Below are positions 16,296 through 25,556 of a stretch of 64,000 nucleotides of DNA, one piece after another. The number at the start of each line of letters is the position of its first letter. Position 1 is the stretch's first letter. This DNA comes from Coriobacteriales bacterium (GTDB taxonomy: Bacteria > Actinomycetota > Coriobacteriia > Coriobacteriales > UBA8131). A program made the position numbers and the translations under genes. The stretch spans positions 32,068 to 96,067 of the forward strand of contig JAISLY010000025.1 of the NCBI GenBank assembly GCA_031277035.1, written 5' to 3'. The notes beneath the pieces are model-generated. The model was given only the letters and a program-made list of their open reading frames with translations. It did not search any database and was not told the DNA's origin.

Positions 16296-19208
16296 TCACC
16301 GTATATGTACCCTGCCGTTGCTTCCGTCCACCAAAACGGTGTCGCCGCTGCAGATGAGGCGCGTGGCGTTGCCGCAGCCGAGCACTGCAGGAATGCCATA
16401 CTCACGTGCGACTATGGCGCTGTGAGAAAGCGGGCCGCCTGTGTCTGAGACCACGGCGGCGGCAAGGGAGAACAGCGGCGTCCATGCCGGGTCGGTGTAG
16501 CGGCAGACCAGCACCTCTCCGTCCTGCATCAGCGGAAATTCATCCAGGGACAAAATCACCCGTGCACGCCCTCTCGCCATCCCCCGATTGCCGGAGGTTC
16601 CCCTGAGTGCGCCGGCCTCATCCGCCTTTGCACTGATCTCCATCTCGTTCCACAAGGCGCTGTTGACGACGTGGGTGGCCTGGCGCCGTTTGATGAGTGC
16701 TCGGCAGGCATCCGAATCATCAAGCCATATCCGGTCAAAAAGCTCCTCCATCATCAGGAAACGGATGTCGTCCTCGCTTAAAAAGGTCGCCGGGTTGCGT
16801 CTGGCCAACTCACGGACGAAACGCCGCATGAGGCCGTAGCAGGTTTCCAGAAGGTACAGGCTTTCCTCGCGGTTGACGTGGTAGGTTCTGAGCTGCTCTA
16901 TGCGCTCGCGCAGCCGTTTTGCCGCTCTGGGCCGAAACACCTCGTCAATCCTTTGCAGTATGCCGGCATACCTGCCCCCAGATGCCTCAGCGCCCGCCTT
17001 CGGCCCGCCACCAGCCGCCTCGCCACCAGCCGCCCCACCATCCGCCGTTGCACACGGCAGTTCTCCTGCCTCCGCGTACTCAGCGCCCGCCTTCGCTCCC
17101 CGCGCCTTCAGCGATATCGCGAGAAGGCGTTCGAGTGTCCTGGGGTCTTCGTTAAAGGAGGTCGATCCGAAGGGCAGGTAGCTGGCGGTTGACTTCCAGC
17201 CGAAGTCGTTGAGAAAGGCGGCGTATTCCTGCCGAAACCGAACGCGAGCATTTGTCGCCTCCACCTCTGCCTCCACCTCTGCCTGCTCCTGCACTCCCCT
17301 CCCTTCAGGTTTCTCAAGCGCCTGTGCCTGTGCCTGCGCCTCCACCTGCGCCTGTGCCAGCTCGGAGAGGCGCTCGTTCATGCAGGCGGTGAGGTAGGGT
17401 AACTCGACGAGCAGGTCGTATTCTGTCAGCCCCTTCCTGATTCTGCCAAACCGACCACCGAGCAGCTTGGACAGGATGACAAAGGGAAAGATGTTGTGAC
17501 GAAAGCGGATGTGTGCGACGACCCGAGATGCCTCCAGAAGCGCATCCAGCCTCTCAAGCAGCTGTTCTTCGCTCAAAGCCGTCACCTCCTCGGCCTCCAT
17601 GTCGTGCAGTTTCGCACGGATGGCGACAAAGTTCGTCGCCGTTGTTTTCTGATTATCCGCAAAGTCCAAAAGCCGTTTGAGCGTGCCGGGCAGCCGCATG
17701 ACGTTTGCATTAAGGCGCACCTTCTGCGGGGCGGGATACAGTTGCCCATCTGCATCGAAGTCAAACTCATCGCCCACCACAATGCCCAGTGTGGCAAAGG
17801 TCTGTGCCTTGGCGGCCTCCATAATTCTGAGCGGGACAAATTCAAGCGGATACAGAGGCTCGGGGCAATGTTCGATGAGATTGTTCATCATGGCGCGCTC
17901 TGCAGCGGCGTTGAGCCCTGAGCTTCGGCGATGTGGTGTGCGTGACCGTGCCTGCGACGACGACTGCGGCGACGGCGACTGCGCCAGCGGCGACGACTGC
18001 GGCGACGGCGACTGCGGCGACTGCGGCGACAACGACGGCGAGGACAACGAGGGCGGCGTCGCCTGTTGCGCAGGTGGCGAAAGCGTGGTGATGGCCCGCG
18101 ATTGCAAAATGAAAAGCCGTCCGCCTGCCAGTGCCCATTCGATGTCCTGGGGGCATCCGTAGTGGCGCTCTATCCCGGCAGCCAGGGCGACCAGGTCTTT
18201 GAGGGTGGGAGCGTCAAGGCAAAACTCACTTTGGAGTGCGGCGGGTACCGGTAGTGTCCTGGTCTGCGCAAGACGTGCGCCGCTCTCAACACCAGGGCCC
18301 TCGCTGGCGCCATCCGCGGCTGCGTCTTTATCCGTATGTCCGTCCGTATCCGCACTCCCATAGACGATCATCGTCTCCTTGCTGCCCAGATTTTGAGAGA
18401 TAACCGCGCCTGTTTTCTTGTCGCAGAGCCAGAAGTCGGGTGTTACATGACCCGACACGACAGACTCGCCCAGGCCAAAGGACGCGTTTATCATCATCCG
18501 GTCCGCATCCTGCGAGAGCGGATCGACGGTAAAAAGAACGCCCGACACATCGGCCTCTATCATCTTCTGTACGACCACTGCCATCGAGACAGAGCTCTCG
18601 CCAAAACCCGCCTCACGACGATAGGCAACAGCGCGCTCGCCATAAAGTGAGGCGTAACAGGCCCGTATCGCCTCAAGCAGGCCCTCCGGTGTCTGGACGT
18701 TTAAAAAGGTCTCCTGCTGACCGGCAAAACTGGCCTGTGGGAGGTCCTCTGCGGTGGCAGAGGAGCGGACGGCAACCCCGACACGGGCCTTTGCGCCCGC
18801 TTCGCGCGCGGCGGGCGAGGCAGGCGAGGCGGGTGCAGCTGGCGAGGCGGCCGACGCAGGCGCTGCAGGCGCGGCGGGCGAAGTGTTGATGAGTGCCTGG
18901 TACGCCTCCAGTATCTCCTCACGCAGTTCTGAGGGAAAGCGCCCGTTTAAGAGTCCTGTCCGCATTGTTGCCCCGTCTTCAGCCTGCGTCCCGTGGGTGG
19001 CCGTGGCGGTCTGCCTCGTTGCCGAGTGTTCGGCAGAAAGCTGGTTTTCTTCCAAAAACCATTCAAAAGCGGCGCTTGTGAGACAAAACCCGTCGGGCAC
19101 CGGAAACGAGGAGCGCCACAGGTTCCCAAGGCTGGCACCCTTGCCTCCCACTACCATCAAAGCATCTTCGGGTATCTCGTCAAAACGAAGAAGGGTCTTT
19201 GTTCTCAT
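16296..19208 (-). CDS. PEP-utilising enzyme family protein with rifampin-phosphotransferase-like architecture (N-terminal PPDK_N ATP-grasp, C-terminal swivel His domain)
   Basis: N-terminus VVGGKGASLGNL and C-terminus VSDTGGPLSHSAIVAREYGIPAVLGC. AAGGGAG RBS before ATG 19208. Several low-complexity inserts. Confidence 0.8.
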   Translation of the reverse strand: MRTKTLLRFDEIPEDALMVVGGKGASLGNLWRSSFPVPDGFCLTSAAFEWFLEENQLSAEHSATRQTATATHGTQAEDGATMRTGLLNGRFPSELREEILEAYQALINTSPAAPAAPASAASPAAPASPASPAAREAGAKARVGVAVRSSATAEDLPQASFAGQQETFLNVQTPEGLLEAIRACYASLYGERAVAYRREAGFGESSVSMAVVVQKMIEADVSGVLFTVDPLSQDADRMMINASFGLGESVVSGHVTPDFWLCDKKTGAVISQNLGSKETMIVYGSADTDGHTDKDAAADGASEGPGVESGARLAQTRTLPVPAALQSEFCLDAPTLKDLVALAAGIERHYGCPQDIEWALAGGRLFILQSRAITTLSPPAQQATPPSLSSPSLSPQSPQSPSPQSSPLAQSPSPQSSSQARSRTPHRRSSGLNAAAERAMMNNLIEHCPEPLYPLEFVPLRIMEAAKAQTFATLGIVVGDEFDFDADGQLYPAPQKVRLNANVMRLPGTLKRLLDFADNQKTTATNFVAIRAKLHDMEAEEVTALSEEQLLERLDALLEASRVVAHIRFRHNIFPFVILSKLLGGRFGRIRKGLTEYDLLVELPYLTACMNERLSELAQAQVEAQAQAQALEKPEGRGVQEQAEVEAEVEATNARVRFRQEYAAFLNDFGWKSTASYLPFGSTSFNEDPRTLERLLAISLKARGAKAGAEYAEAGELPCATADGGAAGGEAAGGGPKAGAEASGGRYAGILQRIDEVFRPRAAKRLRERIEQLRTYHVNREESLYLLETCYGLMRRFVRELARRNPATFLSEDDIRFLMMEELFDRIWLDDSDACRALIKRRQATHVVNSALWNEMEISAKADEAGALRGTSGNRGMARGRARVILSLDEFPLMQDGEVLVCRYTDPAWTPLFSLAAAVVSDTGGPLSHSAIVAREYGIPAVLGCGNATRLICSGDTVLVDGSNGRVHIR

Positions 19209-19381
19209 CTGGTCGACTCCCTTGACGGAGCTTGTTGGGATAAAAGTAAAAAGTTGCTTACTTTTAACAGTATAGATACAATAGGGGTGCATGTCAAAAG
19301 AAATTGAGTAATTACTCAATTTTAGGCAGGAATGCGCTTTGCTCAGAGTAATGTCGGACGATGTGACGGGGATGGACAGCT

Positions 19382-20077
19382 ATGGCATCTGAGGTAAAGA
19401 TGGTACAGAAACGCAGCTTTGAGACACGCGGCAAGATTATCGCCACGTCGATGGAGTTGATAGCGGAGATTGGCTACTTTGCCCTCACCACCAACGAAGT
19501 GGCGCGACGAGCCAAAGTATCCATCGGCTCGCTGTATTCTTACTTCTCAGACAAGAAAGATATTATGCTCGCCTGTATGGAGCAGTACCACGAACTGGTC
19601 AAAGCCAGTATCGATACTGACGACCTTGAACAGGCGGAGCAGCAGGGCAACGTCCGCGATACCGCCTCCAGCGCCGAGCGCGATACCGCCTCAACAACAG
19701 AGCGCGATGCTGCCTCAACAACAGAGCGCGATGAGGTGCTCGCCCTCTCCATCCGCAACGCCATAAAAAGCGTCTTTGCTGCCCACCGAATCATGCCGGG
19801 ATTTCATCGGGCGATGATGGCGGCCTGCCTGCAGGATGCAGACATCCGAGAGCTTGAGGCGCGACACAACGACGACAGCCGGCAGCGGATACTGAGCCTG
19901 TTGTTGCAGTGGCAGCAGATTCTTGTGCCGACGAACATCCCCCTGGCGGCGGATATGATCTATCTCCTGATAAGCGAGACGGTGCATGGGTACATGAATG
20001 GCACCATCGAGGGTGATGAGGAGCAGCTTGTCGATGAGTTGACTCGTATGGTGCGGGCCTATGTGCTGCCACGTTGA
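19382..20077 (+). CDS. TetR/AcrR-family transcriptional regulator
   Basis: RGKIIATSMELIAEIGYFALTTNEVARRAKVSIGSLYSYFSDKKDI. Divergent from the PEP-utilising enzyme gene. Confidence 0.85.
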   Translation: MASEVKMVQKRSFETRGKIIATSMELIAEIGYFALTTNEVARRAKVSIGSLYSYFSDKKDIMLACMEQYHELVKASIDTDDLEQAEQQGNVRDTASSAERDTASTTERDAASTTERDEVLALSIRNAIKSVFAAHRIMPGFHRAMMAACLQDADIRELEARHNDDSRQRILSLLLQWQQILVPTNIPLAADMIYLLISETVHGYMNGTIEGDEEQLVDELTRMVRAYVLPR

Positions 20078-20156
20078 CAATCTGGCGTAATCGGGCCCCT
20101 TAAAGCAGGCCTCTTAAAGCAGACCCTCAACCCGGGCCCTTAACCTGAATCATTAA

Positions 20157-20208
20157 CCCGGGGCATAGAGGCAGATTACCTGAGCTCTCTGCCAGTCTCC
20201 GCCCCGGG
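20157..20208. terminator. Possible bidirectional hairpin between convergent tetR-like and hppA genes
   Basis: cccggggc (20157-20164) pairs with gccccggg (20201-20208), with an inner ggcaga/tctgcc stem. There is no clear U-run. Confidence 0.35.
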
Positions 20209-20220
20209 TATCGGTTGAAC

Positions 20221-22356
20221 TCAGCTCAGTACGCCGTGCAAGAAGCCGCCTCCCAGGGTGAGGAAGAAGGGCACAAAGACCAGCGAGACGACGGTGACCA
20301 CCTTGATGAGAATATTAATCGAGGGGCCAGAGGTGTCCTTGAAGGGATCGCCCACCGTGTCGCCGACGACGGCAGCCTTGTGCGCGTCTGATCCCTTGCC
20401 GCCATGCGCCCCGGTCTCGATGTATTTTTTGGCGTTATCCCAGGCACCACCGGTGTTGGCCATGTAGACGCTCATCAAAAAGCCGCAGGCCAGCACGCCA
20501 ATCAAAAAGCCGGCGAGAATGTTCACATCAAGAATCCCGAGCACGACGGGGATGACGACCGCAAGGATGCCCGGAAGCATCATCTCCTTTAAGGCCGCAT
20601 TGGTCGATATGCGCACGCAGGCCTCGGTGTCAGGCTCAACGCCCGGCTCACCGGCAAGCAGGCCCTTGATCTCGCGGAACTGCCGACGTATCTCGATAAT
20701 CATGGCGTTTGCTGCACGCGAGACCGCACCCATCGTCATGGCGCCAAAGAAGAAGGGCATCATCGCGCCGATGATGACGCCGATGATGACGAAGGGATTT
20801 GCCAGGTTGATGTCCAGTGGTTGACCGCCGGCAGCAGTCAATCCCGCCTCGAGGTTGGTCTTGAAGGCCACAAACAGAGCAAGGGCGGTGAGTGCCGCAG
20901 AAGAAACTGCGAAACCCTTGGCGACGGCGGCGGTGGTGTTACCCACACTGTCAAGCTGGTCGGTGCGCTCGCGAATCTCGGGCGGCAGGCCGGCCATCTC
21001 CGCAATACCGCCCGCGTTGTCGGCAACAGGCCCATAGGCATCTACGCCTACGGTGGTCGCGGTGGTCGTCAGCATGCCGAGGGCAGAAAGGCCGATGCCG
21101 TAAACCCCGAACTGCATTGCCGCCTCGGCTCCGCCGACCTGCATACCGCAGATATAGGCAATCGCAACCGCAGCCACCAGCACAATGGCAGGGAGAACCG
21201 TGGAGAGCATGCCGGTCGAGAGCCCCTCGATGACGTTGGTCGCATAGCCGCTCTCGGAGGCCTGGGCTATCTTTTGCACGGGCTTGCTGTGGTAACTCGT
21301 GTAATACTCGGTAATCTTTCCAATCGCGAGGCCAGCCGCCAGGCCGGCGGCGGCGGAGCCAAAGAACCAGACGGTTGCCAGATCGGTCTCAGAACTGCTC
21401 TGCCAGAAGATAACCACGACGAGAATCAGGACGAACACAATGCCGGAGGTCAGATAGGTGCCGCGATCAAGTGCCTTGTGCACCTTTGAGGAGTCGTTGG
21501 TGTTGACAACAAACAGCCCGATGATTGAGGCGATGATGCCGCCCGCCGCGAGCACCAGGGGCAAAACGAGCGCGAGAAGAGCATCGGTGCCCGTAATGAC
21601 CTGAGCTGCGGTCATGGCAACGGCAAGCGCCATCGGCGCGAGGATGGCACCAGCATAGGACTCATAGAGGTCGGCGCCCATCCCGGCCACGTCACCCACA
21701 TTGTCTCCCACATTGTCGGCAATGACACCGGGGTTGCGCGGATCGTCCTCGGGGATACCCGCCTCAACCTTTCCCACAAGGTCTGCCCCAACATCGGCGG
21801 CCTTGGTGTAGATGCCGCCACCAACGCGGGCAAAGAGCGCAATCGAGGAGGCGCCCATGACAAAGCCGTCCACCGCCTCGATGTTATGGAAGAGGTCGAC
21901 GTTGCCTATCAACAGGACAATGGCCCACAGGCTCAGGCCCATCAGGCCAAGCGATGCGACGGTCAGGCCCATCGTCAGGCCGGAGCGGTAGGCCACACGC
22001 AGCGCCTTTGCGATGCCGGTAACGGCCGCCTGGGTCGTACGCGTATTGGCGCGAGTCGCCACGTACATGCCGATATAGCCCGCGACGACAGAAAGTGCGC
22101 CGCCGGTGAGAAAGGCGGCTGCTGTCAGGGGGCTGATGGCAACCCCGAGGATGATTGCGACGATGACCGCGAAGATGATAAGCGCACGGTACTCGGCGAA
22201 CAGAAACGCGGTCGCGCCTTTTTGTATCAGACCTGAGAGATGTTGCATCCTCTCATTGCCAGGGTCCTGCTTGAGAACCCAAAACGCCAGATAGGCCGCA
22301 ACCGCAAGACCGATGACCGCGGCAACGGGAGCCAGCCAAGCCAGATACTCTGCCAT
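20221..22356 (-). CDS. hppA: Membrane-bound ion-translocating pyrophosphatase
   Basis: GGIYTKAADVGADLVGKVEAGIPEDDPRNPGVIADNVGDNVGDVAGMGADLYESY and DTVGDPFKDTSGPS. GGAGGGTGAG RBS before ATG 22356. Confidence 0.9.
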   Translation of the reverse strand: MAEYLAWLAPVAAVIGLAVAAYLAFWVLKQDPGNERMQHLSGLIQKGATAFLFAEYRALIIFAVIVAIILGVAISPLTAAAFLTGGALSVVAGYIGMYVATRANTRTTQAAVTGIAKALRVAYRSGLTMGLTVASLGLMGLSLWAIVLLIGNVDLFHNIEAVDGFVMGASSIALFARVGGGIYTKAADVGADLVGKVEAGIPEDDPRNPGVIADNVGDNVGDVAGMGADLYESYAGAILAPMALAVAMTAAQVITGTDALLALVLPLVLAAGGIIASIIGLFVVNTNDSSKVHKALDRGTYLTSGIVFVLILVVVIFWQSSSETDLATVWFFGSAAAGLAAGLAIGKITEYYTSYHSKPVQKIAQASESGYATNVIEGLSTGMLSTVLPAIVLVAAVAIAYICGMQVGGAEAAMQFGVYGIGLSALGMLTTTATTVGVDAYGPVADNAGGIAEMAGLPPEIRERTDQLDSVGNTTAAVAKGFAVSSAALTALALFVAFKTNLEAGLTAAGGQPLDINLANPFVIIGVIIGAMMPFFFGAMTMGAVSRAANAMIIEIRRQFREIKGLLAGEPGVEPDTEACVRISTNAALKEMMLPGILAVVIPVVLGILDVNILAGFLIGVLACGFLMSVYMANTGGAWDNAKKYIETGAHGGKGSDAHKAAVVGDTVGDPFKDTSGPSINILIKVVTVVSLVFVPFFLTLGGGFLHGVLS

Positions 22357-22647
22357 GTAAAACTCACCCTCCAATATCAAATCTAATCTCGGGATAACTT
22401 TGCAATTCTACTGTATAGCCGCGCCCTCGACCAGATAAATCACGGGAAAGGAAGAGAGCGCAGAGGAAACGGCTTAAACGGAGCCAGAGAGTTGACAGAG
22501 GAAACTGGCCAAGAGGGCATGGGCTGAGGCGGCAGCGACTGAGAGGGCACTGGCTGAGAGTTGACAGAAGGCACTGGCCGAGAGGGCCCGTGCCCGCTGT
22601 GCTCTGCTATACTTGCTGTGCGCAGAGACCCGCAGGGGAGAGAGGGC

Positions 22648-24042
22648 ATGGGCATGTTGAAGCAGATACATCATCACATATGCTTACGCACAGGCAGGTC
22701 GAAGACCGGCGGCATGACGCTCATCGAGGTCATCACCGCGGCAGGTATCATCGCGCTGGTCTCGCTGGTGGTCATAAGCGCCTTTTCGACCTTTCTCAAC
22801 GCGCAGCGCCTGGCCTTTGAGAACAAGGCGGACGCCGAGGCCGTTGAGGCTCAGATTGCGACAGGCGAAGAGCCCTTTGAGAGTCTGCCGGGCGATCTTG
22901 AACTGAACGGCTATTCCCTGCCAGGCGACATTGAAACCTACACGGAGGGGCGGCGCTCCTACTCTGTGCTTGAGGGTACTGACCCTGTGGACGTATCGGT
23001 CCTGACCCTGTACTTTGGCGACGGAGCGAGCGTGTATGAGGGGCAGGGCCAGGTGTATGAGACCGGTTCGGCCGGCAACACGATGGAGTACCAGGTCACG
23101 GCAGACGGCCGCTACCTGCTGGAAGTCTGGGGTGCCAGGGGCGGGGGCGTCGACAAATCAGCTTCAAGTGGCGCAGGCTATGCAGGTGGTGGTAAGGGGG
23201 GTTACGCAGCCGGCGTTGTCAGTCTGCAAAAGAGTGATCTTCTAATTCTGTATGCGGGCGGGATTGGTTCTGCATACCAGACAGCGGGAGAGAAGATTGG
23301 CGGCTTCAACGGCGGCGGCAACCTCATGACAAACACCGAAGGTGGCGCAACCGGTGGCGGTGCCTCGGACATCCGCATCGGCACCGACAGCCTCGATGCC
23401 CGTATCATCGTTGCTGGGGGCGGCGGGGGCGGGGGGTTTACCCGTATCCCCTCCACCTATAGCCACACGCCGGGCGTCATCACGGGCGGAGCAGGTGGGG
23501 GTACGAGCGGTTTCAAGGGCGCACTATGCAGCGATAGCTGGAAAGTTTATGTGATGGGTCTTGGCGGAACGCAGTCCACCGGCGGATCCTTTGAGGGTCC
23601 ATCAGGGAACGCGAGCAGCTACAACAACGGAAGCGGCAACAACGGAGCCGGGTCAAGCTATCTTGCCACCAATGGTTCGTTTGGCCGAGGTGGCCAGGGA
23701 ACAGGTTTTAGTGCGGGCGGAGCAGGCGGAGGCGGAGGCTGGTATGGCGGTGGCGGCGGATGTATCAACGCGGCCGGCGGTGGCTCAGGCTGGGTCTTTA
23801 CCGAGACGGCCTACAACGCCTGGAACAACACGACGGATAAACCGCGCTACCTCTTGGACGATTTTGGCTCCCGGTACCACCTCTCCAACACTTCGCTCAT
23901 CGCCGGCAATGCCGCCCTGCCCGATCCTCTGGCCAGCACGGTCACCCCTGCTACGGAGGGGGGGGGGGGGCAGGTTGTCGGACAGATGATTACCGGTAAC
24001 GCCCGCGGCGGCTTTGTCCGCATCACCTACCTGGGAAACTGA
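22648..24042 (+). CDS. Prepilin-type N-terminal domain protein with glycine-rich (Gly_rich/PF12810-like) C-terminal region
   Basis: Class III signal KTGG|MTLIEVITAAGIIALVSLVV, with Glu at +5. Then WGARGGG...GGGKGGYAAG...LLILYAGGIGS...GGFNGGGN...GGGASDIRIG...RIIVAGGGGGGG. The start could be 22648 or 22654. Confidence 0.65.
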   Translation: MGMLKQIHHHICLRTGRSKTGGMTLIEVITAAGIIALVSLVVISAFSTFLNAQRLAFENKADAEAVEAQIATGEEPFESLPGDLELNGYSLPGDIETYTEGRRSYSVLEGTDPVDVSVLTLYFGDGASVYEGQGQVYETGSAGNTMEYQVTADGRYLLEVWGARGGGVDKSASSGAGYAGGGKGGYAAGVVSLQKSDLLILYAGGIGSAYQTAGEKIGGFNGGGNLMTNTEGGATGGGASDIRIGTDSLDARIIVAGGGGGGGFTRIPSTYSHTPGVITGGAGGGTSGFKGALCSDSWKVYVMGLGGTQSTGGSFEGPSGNASSYNNGSGNNGAGSSYLATNGSFGRGGQGTGFSAGGAGGGGGWYGGGGGCINAAGGGSGWVFTETAYNAWNNTTDKPRYLLDDFGSRYHLSNTSLIAGNAALPDPLASTVTPATEGGGGQVVGQMITGNARGGFVRITYLGN

Positions 24043-24050
24043 GAACGCGC

Positions 24051-24186
24051 GGTGTCAAACGGGGCGCAGGTCAGAAATGATACTGATACCCAGCGCAAAA
24101 TCACCCTGTTCGGTCCTGTTGAGACTCAGCAGCTCTGGAACAGCGTGCCGGACGCGCTCCATCATACCACGTCAACAGGTGCCAGA
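24051..24186 (-). pseudogene. Decayed hicAB copy (three collinear fragments of the intact locus at 26807..27316)
   Basis: 24051-24084 matches 26807-26840, 24091-24161 matches 27073-27143, and 24155-24186 matches 27284-27316. Most of hicA and the middle of hicB are deleted. Confidence 0.7.
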
Positions 24187-24265
24187 GGGGGTGACAGACT
24201 GTATGGAAAAGTTTTGATCACAGATGAGTAACACGCTGTCGAAAAGCGGGCTGTAGCACCTAGGT

Positions 24266-24312
24266 ACGGGTGCCAAGAGGCGCATAAGCTGACACTCGGC
24301 ACCCGTCATTTT
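24266..24312 (+). terminator. Hairpin followed by a T-run, downstream of the glycine-rich gene
   Basis: acgggtgcc (24266-24274) pairs with ggcacccgt (24298-24306) and is followed by cattttg. The 23-nt loop is long. Confidence 0.35.
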
Positions 24313-24515
24313 GCGTTCCGCAGAATCTATTTCTTCCGCGGGCATTTCTCATTATCGGATGATTTGCATTTCCGAGCCTCATTGCTTGAAATTTTTATGT
24401 TTTGAAGCTTGCAGATATTTGGTTTGTTTGTCCACACAGACTCACCTTCAAAGTATTTACATACTGACATGGCATTACCTCTTTTCATTGCAAAGAAGGT
24501 CACTATTGGAAAAAA

Positions 24516-25028
24516 TTAACAAGATATAGCTTCATTGCAGGCAAGCATAAAGGCTTTACTTTCAAAATCTTCCCACGATAACGGCTTCTCCCATCCCGGC
24601 AACCCGGTTTCTGGCAAACAATCAAAGATGGCAGATTTATAGATAGTCTCTTCAAGCACTGTGAATAGGCCCTCGAAAGCATCGCTAAGGACAAATGGTA
24701 GAGGCATCTTCATTCCTGCCATTAACCTCCAATCTGAGTCACTTTGCCCACACGAAGGCCAAGCGTACAAAAAAACATTGTTGGTACTGATATTGTCCGC
24801 CGCCTGCAAAAGCTCATTGTTCAGCTGAAGCCCTTGCCGAACAATAAAAGTAAAATTCACAGACCAGTTGTATGCAACGAGCCAGACCCCAATGTCGGTC
24901 ACAAAGAAACTCGGGAATCCACTTTGCGTAAGATCGAATCCAGTATGTCGCCCGCTAAAGTGCTTTTCGAGATTCCGTTGCACAGACATTGCCATTTGTC
25001 GACGCTGCTCAAACCTCTGATTATCCAT
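24516..25028 (-). CDS. Hypothetical protein (AT-rich island gene 3)
   Basis: 170-aa ORF with GAAGGAGAA RBS. Its composition matches the island. I recognise no motif. Confidence 0.6.
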   Translation of the reverse strand: MDNQRFEQRRQMAMSVQRNLEKHFSGRHTGFDLTQSGFPSFFVTDIGVWLVAYNWSVNFTFIVRQGLQLNNELLQAADNISTNNVFLYAWPSCGQSDSDWRLMAGMKMPLPFVLSDAFEGLFTVLEETIYKSAIFDCLPETGLPGWEKPLSWEDFESKAFMLACNEAISC

Positions 25029-25099
25029 CGGATTCTCCTTCAGATTTCCAGCTAAAAAGTTTACTGACGTATTAAAAAATTTATTACGCGATACCGGCG

Positions 25100-25459
25100 C
25101 TAGACCATTCTTTCAAAGGCATTCGACATTTTTACTGCTATTTTGCTGCTTGTCGATAACTTCGGATAATGTCGTGACGGTGCTATGAACGCACCCATTA
25201 AGGTAGTCAGTCTGCCTACGCCCCCAGGGCAGAAAAGCACCGAATGAGTAGTACCGGAACCAATTACTATTATACGTACTTCCCATTGTTGAAGATCGCG
25301 ATACATGATGAGATCAAGTTCCTGGTTCTCGTATCTCTTGCTTTCAGAACTTACTTGCACATCTGCCCAAAACTGCTTTGCTAGACCAGCAAGGGCACCG
25401 TCGACCTCTTGTATAGAACGGCCTTGAATTTCCTTTGTAATAACCTCTCCTGATGCCAT
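25100..25459 (-). CDS. Hypothetical protein (AT-rich island gene 2)
   Basis: 119-aa ORF with GAGAAGGGG RBS. I recognise no motif. Confidence 0.55.
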   Translation of the reverse strand: MASGEVITKEIQGRSIQEVDGALAGLAKQFWADVQVSSESKRYENQELDLIMYRDLQQWEVRIIVIGSGTTHSVLFCPGGVGRLTTLMGAFIAPSRHYPKLSTSSKIAVKMSNAFERMV

Positions 25460-25556
25460 TTCGAACCCCTTCTCTCAACCTTGCCCCTTCTTGCCTCTAT
25501 AAGATTGCGATTAGAATTACCAGTGTGAGATTTTTGGTACATCAATGTCTCCTGTA

